From an uncultured archaeon (GTDB lineage: Archaea > Asgardarchaeota > Heimdallarchaeia > Heimdallarchaeales > Heimdallarchaeaceae): a DNA stretch of 64,000 nt. The stretch spans positions 1-64,000 of the forward strand of contig CAZHRF010000003.1 in NCBI GenBank assembly GCA_964534625.1. Direction: 5' to 3'. The notes beneath the pieces are model-generated. The model was not told the origin of the DNA. It ran no database searches and saw only the letters and a program-made list of their open reading frames with translations. Positions 49,811 to 64,000 of this stretch are shown here, piece after piece; the stretch's first letter is position 1, and each line of letters begins with the position of its first letter. The position numbers and the translations under genes are program-made.

Positions 49811-50119
49811 TTACTCTAAATTCCACATTTCTTTTTCTTCCATTGTTATTTCAGTTACATATTTTATCATTCTTTTATATGCTTCAAGAAAACGGCCTCC
49901 CCGTCTAGTGGCGATATATGCTGAATCTATCCTCTTATCATCGCTTTCTATTTGTGCCACGAGTCCTCTTTTAATCAAAAAATCCAACATTTTTCGAACA
50001 CGATCAACCGGTATATTGGCTCGTCGTCCTATTTGAGAAACGCCCGCTTCTCTATAAAATTCGAGTACCATCAACATCTCTGCATATATATCATATCTCG
50101 TTCTATTTTTCACTAGCAA
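49811..50119 (-). CDS. Archaeal winged-helix DNA-binding protein
   Basis: RTRYDIYAEML, ANI, L...GLV, Y.AT.RG..FL pattern. Confidence 0.8.
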   Translation of the reverse strand: MLVKNRTRYDIYAEMLMVLEFYREAGVSQIGRRANIPVDRVRKMLDFLIKRGLVAQIESDDKRIDSAYIATRRGGRFLEAYKRMIKYVTEITMEEKEMWNLE

Positions 50120-50191
50120 GTTTCTCCTATGATTTTTCTCTAATTATTTTAAAAAAGTTTAGTAAAGTAAAAGGAAAAAAGATCATTTTAC

Positions 50192-51415
50192 TCACTTATC
50201 AGACGAATCTTTTAGTTCTAGATGCCCTACTTCTGCATTATCAGCAATAAAGGCTTCATCAGCTATTATTTCGTCAACCTCTGCATACTCTTTAACTACA
50301 ACTTTACTTGCTTTGTATCGACCTTTTGCTTTTGATCTTTTTTCTATGATGATTTCCCTTGCATTTGCTTCATCAACTTCGATTTTACCTGCTACTTGTA
50401 TCGTATCTGCCTTAAGCTTCTTTCCAATAAACTTTCCATTTATTGTAAAAGTATTTTCCAATTCAACAGAGTTATTGTTATTCATTGATCCATTTAATTC
50501 TATTGTATCTCCTTTGACTTCATTTTCAGCTTTAAAAGACCCACTAATAGAAACATCAGTAAAATAAAAATTGTTATTAATTGTCGTTGATCCATTCACT
50601 TCTAAGGTTTTTACTTTTAGAGAACCCCCAATTTTTAATGACCCATTCACTTCTATTTCATTTACTACGAGATCCTCTTCACTCCTTAAACTCCCACCAA
50701 CTTCAAGTATTCCCTCTATCTCACCCGAGATAATTTTTCCACTACCTCCAAGAAAAGCATTTTTTGCTTTAATAATTCCTACCTTCAAAGAGCCACCAGT
50801 GTCGATACTTTCACAACAAATTTCTTCGCCAATCTTAATCGAGCCACCTACATCAACTTTTTTACATTTGAGGGAGCCTTTTATGGTAACAGAACCACCC
50901 ACATCCAGTTCATTGTCTATAATGACATCAGTTAGAGCGCTTAAAGAACCATTTATCTCAACCCCATTACTGTAAAGATTCTTTATGTGTTTAGCAGAAC
51001 CATTCACTTCATATTCATCTATCTTCGTTACACCTTCTATTTTGCATGAACCATTAATATGAGCTTTGTTTGATAAGCAGTCCTTACCAACTACTAAACT
51101 GCCGTCAGTCTTGATAATGGAGCTCTCTAATATCCCACCCACAGTCAACTGAGATCCATTCCTTAAACCAGTAGATAGCACAATAACTTCATCCGCTTTA
51201 AGGTCAGAAGTAATATCTAAATCACCATCATGATGTTTCAAAATTGCAGTTTCAACTTTACCATCAATTTTAATATCTCCATATGTTTTCAATGTCCCCG
51301 TTACAACCAACTTTTTGTCTTTTGGAATGGTTACAACAGCACCCGTATGTACAATTAGATCACCCTCAACATACGTTAATTCTTTATTTTCATTTTTTTC
51401 AACTTTTTCCGTCAT
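50192..51415 (-). CDS. Long bactofilin-like beta-helical repeat protein
   Basis: Many (V/I)(N/G)GS(L/I)x(I/V) repeats; start reassigned to ATG 51415 (MTEKVEK) after GTGAT. Confidence 0.75.
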   Translation of the reverse strand: MTEKVEKNENKELTYVEGDLIVHTGAVVTIPKDKKLVVTGTLKTYGDIKIDGKVETAILKHHDGDLDITSDLKADEVIVLSTGLRNGSQLTVGGILESSIIKTDGSLVVGKDCLSNKAHINGSCKIEGVTKIDEYEVNGSAKHIKNLYSNGVEINGSLSALTDVIIDNELDVGGSVTIKGSLKCKKVDVGGSIKIGEEICCESIDTGGSLKVGIIKAKNAFLGGSGKIISGEIEGILEVGGSLRSEEDLVVNEIEVNGSLKIGGSLKVKTLEVNGSTTINNNFYFTDVSISGSFKAENEVKGDTIELNGSMNNNNSVELENTFTINGKFIGKKLKADTIQVAGKIEVDEANAREIIIEKRSKAKGRYKASKVVVKEYAEVDEIIADEAFIADNAEVGHLELKDSSDK

Positions 51416-51482
51416 ATTTATCACTAATTTTTGTCTAAGAATAAGTAATACGAGTATATTAATAAAGAAACACCACAAGATA

Positions 51483-51512
51483 TGTTCACAAATTGTGAAC
51501 ACAAATTGTGTT
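51483..51512. promoter_or_regulatory. Overlapping double palindrome, operator candidate
   Basis: TGTTCACAA-A-TTGTGAACA (51483-51501) and AACACAA-A-TTGTGTT (51498-51512); core CACAAATTGTG occurs twice, 13 bp apart. Confidence 0.55.
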
Positions 51513-51524
51513 TAATTTGAGAGT

Positions 51525-52175
51525 TTATTCTGTGTTAAAAGCTCGATCTCCTGCATCCCCAAGACCAGGTACAATATACCCTTTTTTATCTAATACCGGA
51601 TCAATATCCCCAGCTAGTATAATTAATTCATCATACTTCCCCTTCAATCTTTTTAAACCATAATTAGAGGCTATAGCGCATAAGATAATAATCTTAGTCG
51701 GATTTTGATGATATAACTTGTCTACAAGATAAAGAAGAGTTGAACCGGAAGCCAACATAGGATCAACAAGTATTGCTACTTTATTTTCTAAATAGGGAAC
51801 ATTAAAGTAGTCACCATCTATTCTAAAATCTGTTCCTTGTTCATTCAACATTTTTCCTCTTGATGCAGAAACAAAACCAACAGAGGCGTGCTTATATTGG
51901 GATAAAACACCTTCCGCCATTGGAGCGGCAGCTCGTAAAATTGATATAACGCTAATATCATCCGCTATCACCTTCATTTTTTTGTTCCCTAATGGTGTTT
52001 TAACCACAGTATCTTTTTTTGATAAATACTTGGAAGCTTCGTAGGCTAGATATATACCCAACTCTCTCAGATTGTGTCTAAAAACAGGTGGTTCAGTGTT
52101 CTTATTCCTCAACTTTGCAATTACTTCTGAACATAAAACATTCGTTTGGCTAATATTATTAATCATAAATCTCAC
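51525..52175 (-). CDS. upp: Uracil phosphoribosyltransferase
   Basis: ILRA, DPMLASG, GYIVPGLGDAGDR. Confidence 0.93.
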   Translation of the reverse strand: MRFMINNISQTNVLCSEVIAKLRNKNTEPPVFRHNLRELGIYLAYEASKYLSKKDTVVKTPLGNKKMKVIADDISVISILRAAAPMAEGVLSQYKHASVGFVSASRGKMLNEQGTDFRIDGDYFNVPYLENKVAILVDPMLASGSTLLYLVDKLYHQNPTKIIILCAIASNYGLKRLKGKYDELIILAGDIDPVLDKKGYIVPGLGDAGDRAFNTE

Positions 52176-52534
52176 ATATTTTTAATCTTCATTTAACATT
52201 CAAACGTATATACCAAAAAGTTTTTTGTAATTTAGAATCACTACAACATATTCATCATGGCAATGTATGATAATAGAAAGAATAAAAACTAAACCCTTAA
52301 TCAATCTCTCTTCTCTGGGATTGAGCCAAATTTCAATGACCCCTTACCAGGGTTGTTATAATGATTGTTATGATAGAATAGGCTAATATTCGTTTTAAAA
52401 TGATCCAACACTTGAATCTTTTCTTAATTCGGTAGTACTATTCCTTTAGAAATCCTCAAGTTCCACATAATATTAGTCGTAAAAACAAATGCAAATTGTT
52501 TTTAAAGGTTAAAATTATTATTATCTTGTTAGCA

Positions 52535-53197
52535 ATGTTTCCACAATCAGGGGGTAGTGCAGTCCCTCCCAATAAGTATATAGAGCAATTAATTATTCAA
52601 GCAATTCAATCTTTCTATTTAGAAGATTACGAATCTGGTGCTCATTTTCTTGAAGAAATTCGTAGAGCATTACCTAGAATGATGTATCAACTCAATCCTA
52701 TTTTACGCAGTCTTTGTAAAGAAATAATAAAGATAGTTCAAGGTGGTTTAGTAAAACAAAGGGAATCTAAAACAAAGCACCCTTCAGAAATACCAATCAG
52801 AGATAAGAATTTCATCGTTTCGGATTCAGACACCTCTTCAACCGACAAAACTAGTACAAAATCGGCAATGCCAACTCATGAAAAAAACGATAAAAATACA
52901 CCAACCAAAGAGGATACATTTTCAGACAAACCAACTAAAAGCATCATCGATGGACCCAGCGCACCACTAGAAGACCCATTCAATGATAATACACCTCAAA
53001 AACCAAAGAGACAATCTTCAAGCTCCGCTATGACTGATTTTTCACTTCCAGATACAGATACTCAAATAACTGCTACTGAAAGAGCATTAATATCCGAAAT
53101 CAGTTCTGTTGTTAAGAAGAAAAAAGACAAGAAGTTAGATGAGATAGAAGATAGTCTTACTGGAACACTATCTGATTTACAAGACTATGATGATTAA
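52535..53197 (+). CDS. Hypothetical protein, helical N-terminus and disordered S/T/D/P-rich C-terminus
   Basis: ORF; ATG 52535 lies about 30 nt after TTTTTAAA. Confidence 0.6.
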   Translation: MFPQSGGSAVPPNKYIEQLIIQAIQSFYLEDYESGAHFLEEIRRALPRMMYQLNPILRSLCKEIIKIVQGGLVKQRESKTKHPSEIPIRDKNFIVSDSDTSSTDKTSTKSAMPTHEKNDKNTPTKEDTFSDKPTKSIIDGPSAPLEDPFNDNTPQKPKRQSSSSAMTDFSLPDTDTQITATERALISEISSVVKKKKDKKLDEIEDSLTGTLSDLQDYDD

Positions 53198-53206
53198 ACA
53201 TACAAA

Positions 53207-53608
53207 CTATTGATTCAGGTTATATTCATCAGGTATATTTTCCCAATTTTTTTCTATTAAATCATATACTGCTTCTTCTACTGAATACAATGTTTTCTTC
53301 AACCTTTCTTTTAGATTGGATTGGTCTACAGCCTTATATATGTTTCTTACACTACCCTCCGGAATATCTCGGACTTCAACTTTCACTAATCCTTGATCTA
53401 TCAATCCTTTTATTATTCGTACTACCGTTGTTCTATCTCTATCAACATATTCCGCAATTTCTTTAATATTTTTTTCAGGATTCTTGACTAGGTAAAAATA
53501 TATTTTTGTGTGTATGGGTCTAAGTCCAAATAGACAACTGAAAATATCGCATCTTGCTCCTGTGCTCAAAGTTTCTGCTAAATTCATAAAACAGCCATCA
53601 ATTGTCAT
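53207..53608 (-). CDS. TrmB-like HTH regulator with N-terminal CxxxxC
   Basis: CDIFSCLFGL, EIAEYVDRDRTTVVR..L...GLV. Confidence 0.8.
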   Translation of the reverse strand: MTIDGCFMNLAETLSTGARCDIFSCLFGLRPIHTKIYFYLVKNPEKNIKEIAEYVDRDRTTVVRIIKGLIDQGLVKVEVRDIPEGSVRNIYKAVDQSNLKERLKKTLYSVEEAVYDLIEKNWENIPDEYNLNQ

Positions 53609-53738
53609 TTTATCATATATCCTTTTTTAACGAAGTCAATTAAATATTGTGTTATAACAAAATTTTTCAACACTTTAGTTGTAAAAACCAACAATTTAAA
53701 AGTAGATGAATAGGATGTACCATGTATGTTAATTAATA

Positions 53739-54200
53739 TTGCACACACTTATGGTGACTATGATGACGGATTCTGAGATAGAAAAGATTAAACAAAAGAA
53801 GATACTGGAAATGATGAATACAGAAAAGAACAAAGATACTCCTGCAGGAAAAGCAATAGAATTAAACGATAATCAATTTGAAAGTTTCATTAAGAAAAAA
53901 GGAATAGTTGTTGTCGATTGCTGGGCACAATGGTGTGGCCCATGTCGTACAATGGCCCCCATAATGGATCAGTTAGCCCAAGAATGGAAAGATAAAGGCG
54001 TTCATATTGGTAAAATTAATGTTCAACAATATACTCGTTCTGCAGCTAAATATGGTGTTTCATCAATTCCAAACTTTTTAGTGTTTAAAGATGGGAAATA
54101 TTTAGGTAATGTTTTAGGTGCTGTAGGAAAAAAACCTTTTGAAGAATTATTCAAAAAAATATTAAGAGGAGATTTTGATAAAAAGGAAGGGTATGCATAA
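53739..54200 (+). CDS. trxA: Thioredoxin
   Basis: WAQWCGPC, SIP; start probably near 53760. Confidence 0.92.
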   Translation: MHTLMVTMMTDSEIEKIKQKKILEMMNTEKNKDTPAGKAIELNDNQFESFIKKKGIVVVDCWAQWCGPCRTMAPIMDQLAQEWKDKGVHIGKINVQQYTRSAAKYGVSSIPNFLVFKDGKYLGNVLGAVGKKPFEELFKKILRGDFDKKEGYA

Positions 54201-54219
54201 TCTCCTTTTGTATTTATTT

Positions 54220-56094
54220 TCATTGGTGGATGTAATCAAATAAACTCGTTTGTACTTCTTTTTTAACTTTAATGGGCGTTGAATATAGTCTTTCGCTAAA
54301 TTCTCTATTTCTTGTTGTTACAATAATCAAAAAATTATCTTTTACATCATTCAAGACTGTTGCTAATAACTCAAGCCTTTTACCATCTAGGGCATTTTCT
54401 GGACTGTCTATTATTAACATACCGTATTTTGCATATCCTTTGTTTATAAGATATTTCCATACAGCAATTCGTAAAGCTATATCTATGAAATATTTTTCAC
54501 CGCCTGACATGCTTTCATAGGCTCTATTACTCCCATCAACTAATAATGATAGGGTCATAAATTTGGGGTCTATATGCATTCCATATCCAAAAACGTCTAA
54601 AGCTGTTTCTGAAAATTGCTTTAAAATTTGTGTCCTCTCAACAGTTGAAGGTTCATTAGCTTTTAATTTTAATAATTCCTCTTGAATTTCTTGTAACTTT
54701 TGTTTTAGAGACTCTTTTCTCGATATTATTGCATTTAAATTAATGTTTTCTTTAATAAAATCCATTTGAGTTTCCACAAGGGTTATACTCTTTACGGATT
54801 GATTGATCTCTTTCATTATTCCTTTAATTACTTGGTCATGTTGCTTTATCTTTGCTCTAATACTTGATATTGTCTCATGTAATTGTCGTTCTTGTTGTTT
54901 TTCTTGCTTAAACTCCTCTTCAGTTTGTTTTAACTTTTCATTCAATTCAATCAATTCAGCTTCTGTTTTTGCCAAATCTTCTTCTAAACTTTGACTTTCC
55001 GGCATTTCTTGTTTCTCTATGTTAAACAAACCTTCTTTTAGTGAAGCAGGTAATCGATGCCATTCGGTCCCACAAATTGGACATCCAACCTGTAGTCTCC
55101 TATCCCAATTACGTTCAAGATTGGTATGACAAAATTCACACATTGGTTTTTGACTAATTTTTGTTTTTAAATAATCGTACTTTTCACTCCCCACTTTTTC
55201 CGCTACATCCAAACTCTTGAGTATAGTTTCTCTTTTTCGCGCTAAATTGTTTCTGTTTGTTCTTATTTTGTCAATTTCTATCCTCATTTCATAATTTTCT
55301 TCTTTTTTTGCAAAGAGTAACTCATTCAATTTTTCTTCTTCTTTTTCCAATTCTTGAATTTTCTCTTCTTCTATTTCAATGATTTCTTCCTTTTGTTTTC
55401 TTTGTTTTTCAAGTTCCTTATATCTTTCAGTTAATATCTGCTCACTTACTGCTTCTATCCCCAGTAATTGCATGGCTGAGCGTATCTTCTCTTCTGTTTC
55501 TTCTAACTTTTTCACTTGATCCATAGTATCTTTTCTTTTTTGCTCTTTTTCACGTATTTTTTGTCTTAACTGGTAGTCTTCTGGAGCTCCACTCGTATAT
55601 TTATGTATTAATCTAAAAAAGCTATAGAGATCATTTTCTTCCTCTCTTCCCAGCAATGTATGAGAATCTTCTCGCTTAAAATACAAACTTTGATATAAAT
55701 CTTGAAGGTCATCTAAAGAGATCTTTAGCTTACGAAAAAGGTAATTAGAGTATTCTTGTTTTGAATAACTTCTTGTTCCTTTTCCTGATTCGGAAACATG
55801 TGTTCGTATTCCTGCATCAGTTAAATTTTGTTTAATTATTGCCTCTTGACTAAAAAACCATGTACTTTTGATATAAGCGTCTTTTGACGCCCGTTTTCTA
55901 GAAAAAGAACTATATCGTTGTGCATGGGCATCCGAACATAATGCCCTTTCTATTATATCACACAAAGTTGTTTTTCCGTGGCCATTATTTGCTAGCAATG
56001 AATTAATGCCACTTTCAAATTTAATTATATGTGTAGAAGATTCTGATAATGGAATAATATCACTAAACTCTAATTCTGAAAGAATCGGTAACAT
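54220..56094 (-). CDS. Short Rad50/SMC-like coiled-coil ABC ATPase with central Cys motifs and C-terminal PIP-like motif
   Basis: ANNGHGKTT, coiled coils around CEFC..CPIC, MSGGEK, LIIDSPENALD, terminal QTSLFDY. Confidence 0.8.
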   Translation of the reverse strand: MLPILSELEFSDIIPLSESSTHIIKFESGINSLLANNGHGKTTLCDIIERALCSDAHAQRYSSFSRKRASKDAYIKSTWFFSQEAIIKQNLTDAGIRTHVSESGKGTRSYSKQEYSNYLFRKLKISLDDLQDLYQSLYFKREDSHTLLGREEENDLYSFFRLIHKYTSGAPEDYQLRQKIREKEQKRKDTMDQVKKLEETEEKIRSAMQLLGIEAVSEQILTERYKELEKQRKQKEEIIEIEEEKIQELEKEEEKLNELLFAKKEENYEMRIEIDKIRTNRNNLARKRETILKSLDVAEKVGSEKYDYLKTKISQKPMCEFCHTNLERNWDRRLQVGCPICGTEWHRLPASLKEGLFNIEKQEMPESQSLEEDLAKTEAELIELNEKLKQTEEEFKQEKQQERQLHETISSIRAKIKQHDQVIKGIMKEINQSVKSITLVETQMDFIKENINLNAIISRKESLKQKLQEIQEELLKLKANEPSTVERTQILKQFSETALDVFGYGMHIDPKFMTLSLLVDGSNRAYESMSGGEKYFIDIALRIAVWKYLINKGYAKYGMLIIDSPENALDGKRLELLATVLNDVKDNFLIIVTTRNREFSERLYSTPIKVKKEVQTSLFDYIHQ

Positions 56095-56161
56095 TAGTAT
56101 TAAGTATATTTAATAACTTTTTAAACCTTTTTCGTTTATTATACTTAACCCAATTAAGATA

Positions 56162-60888
<4,727 letters not shown>

Positions 60889-61185
60889 TTAAAAAGGGCT
60901 CTAACCTATTGTTTTTAACGTGAATCTTATTTTTTTATCATTTAAAAATCAATTGGTTGTATCGCATTTCAAACTATTCTGCTAACACTTTTTACTTTGA
61001 CACATAGAGTCTGAGTCTGAGTGAAAAACCATCAAAAAAAACACTTTATTCTTACTTAAACAACGAATAATGATAGGGATTTGTAATTATCTACACAGTT
61101 AACCAAACCAAGAAAATAAGCATGTGAAGTTTAGAAAGATAAACTTACATATTAAATGACAAAGAATATCTGTCAATTTTTAAAT

Positions 61186-62133
61186 CTAAGGAACAATTCT
61201 CGTTCCACTAGTTCCCTTTATTGCTTCTTTTACAGTTTCAGGGTTAGTGATTATCGCCGTACCTTGTGTTTTCTTTACGTATTTTATAGCGGCTTCTACC
61301 TTTGGTCCCATACTACCTTCTATAAAATGTCCTTCTTTATAATATTGCATAGCTAATTCCAAATTTATTTCTCCCAGCTTCTGACTATTTTCTTTATTGT
61401 AATTTAAATAGGCATTAGATACGTCAGTTAACACAATAAAATACTTAGCGTTTACTTCTTCAGCAAGAATTGATGTTGCCCGATCTTTATCAATGACTGC
61501 GATTGCTCCTTCCAACATACCATCTTCTTTTTCTATAATAGGTATACCTCCCCCACCTGTACAGTAAACTAAAGCACCAGTATTAACAACAGCCATAATC
61601 TCTTTCTTTTCAACTATTTTCTGTGGCCATGGCGAAGCCACAAACAATCTGTAACCACGATCTGCATCATTTTTATAAGGTCCCTTCTTTATTTTATTAA
61701 ACTCGTCAGCTTGCTCTTTGGTATAAAAACGACCAATGGGTTTTGTAGGTTTTTTGAAAGCGGGATCATCCTTATCAACTATAACGCGTGTACAAATTGT
61801 CACTACAGATAAATCAAGTCCTCTTCGTTTAAATTCATTCTGCAAAGTCATCGATATCATGTATCCAATCTGTCCTTGGCTCATAGCTCCTGCAACATAT
61901 AATGGCATACTAGGGGTATCTTTGTAACCTTGTTGGGCTAAAATATTACCTACTTGCGGCCCATTACCCGATGTTAAAATAATTTTATACCCTTGTTCAT
62001 ACAAATCAGCGATAGTTCGGGCTGCGTCTCTTGTATTTTCCATTTGTTCTTCAAATGACCCTTTTTGTCCTCTCCTTAATATCATGTTGCCGCCCAAAGC
62101 AATAACAATTATCTCTTGTTCCATTGATTTCAC
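61186..62133 (-). CDS. arcC: Carbamate kinase
   Basis: ALGGN, GNGPQVG, PTKPIG, GGGGIP, AVIDKD, GSMGPK. Confidence 0.94.
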   Translation of the reverse strand: MKSMEQEIIVIALGGNMILRRGQKGSFEEQMENTRDAARTIADLYEQGYKIILTSGNGPQVGNILAQQGYKDTPSMPLYVAGAMSQGQIGYMISMTLQNEFKRRGLDLSVVTICTRVIVDKDDPAFKKPTKPIGRFYTKEQADEFNKIKKGPYKNDADRGYRLFVASPWPQKIVEKKEIMAVVNTGALVYCTGGGGIPIIEKEDGMLEGAIAVIDKDRATSILAEEVNAKYFIVLTDVSNAYLNYNKENSQKLGEINLELAMQYYKEGHFIEGSMGPKVEAAIKYVKKTQGTAIITNPETVKEAIKGTSGTRIVP

Positions 62134-62216
62134 CTATAGATAAAAGCGAATTTAAAAAAGGATATATAAATTCTTCTTCAGTATAGGATTTATAGAGAAG
62201 ATAAAATTAGAAAAAA

Positions 62217-63608
<1,392 letters not shown>

Positions 63609-63655
63609 TTAGATTATCATTCACATTAGTATAACTTAAGTGAGTTGTTATTAAT

Positions 63656-64000
63656 TTGAGATTCTTTGAGAATGAACAATACATATTCTTGTACTTAGCT
63701 GATATTGTTAATGGAGAGTTAAAAGAAAACCCAGATAATCCGTATGACATAACACTAATAACCAGTAATGATGAGGAAATTAAGAGAACAAGATTAATAG
63801 GTACCGTTGTTGATAAATATTTCAGCCCCGGAACAGAAGAAAAAAAAGCATATACAGCTTTAGTTATTGATGATGGTACAGATACACTAAGACTGAAAGG
63901 CTGGGAAGATATGGCGGAGAGAATGAATGAAATGCTCATTGGAGATGAAATAGAAGCATATGGAAGACCAAACGAAGATGAAAATGAGAGATATATTGTT
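63656..64000 (+). CDS. RPA32-like OB-fold protein, truncated at the window edge (not in the ORF track)
   Basis: Open frame from TTG 63656: ..RTRLIGTVVDKY..LVIDDGTDTLRLKGW..GDEIEAYGRP.. Confidence 0.8.
   Translation, partial: MRFFENEQYIFLYLADIVNGELKENPDNPYDITLITSNDEEIKRTRLIGTVVDKYFSPGTEEKKAYTALVIDDGTDTLRLKGWEDMAERMNEMLIGDEIEAYGRPNEDENERYIV

Overview
AT-rich archaeal chromosomal segment, most consistent with an Asgard (Heimdallarchaeia-like) archaeon. This assignment is inferred: archaeal core genes (aCPSF1, egsA, aIF1A, aIF2-beta, NMD3, RIO1, Dim2, RPA) sit beside a ribophorin-I homologue, Yip1 and WD40 proteins, and bacterial-type MetK, MutS/MutL and DNA gyrase. About 58 mostly housekeeping CDS; no CRISPR array or rRNA seen. 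The best-supported novel signal is non-coding. An intron-containing tRNA-Trp gene (45142-45248, minus) faces a previously unannotated plus-strand box C/D RNA (about 44862-44992). Its two guides pair across both exon-intron junctions of that pre-tRNA and, by the N+5 rule, select exactly C34 and C39. In euryarchaea the guide for positions 34 and 39 is encoded inside the tRNA-Trp intron; here it appears to be a separate neighbouring gene. Other points of interest: an 846-aa orphan bracketed by a duplicated pepF 3' end; a divergent ArsR/bactofilin-like pair sharing a SHOCT-like motif around a palindrome; a mini IS200/IS605 element retaining an omega-RNA-like end; a LAGLIDADG+HTH intein in aCPSF1; a PIP-box-bearing degenerate Rad50/SMC-like ATPase next to a gyrase with altered quinolone-site motifs; and two candidate structured RNAs. 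All calls come from motif reading by eye, without database searches.
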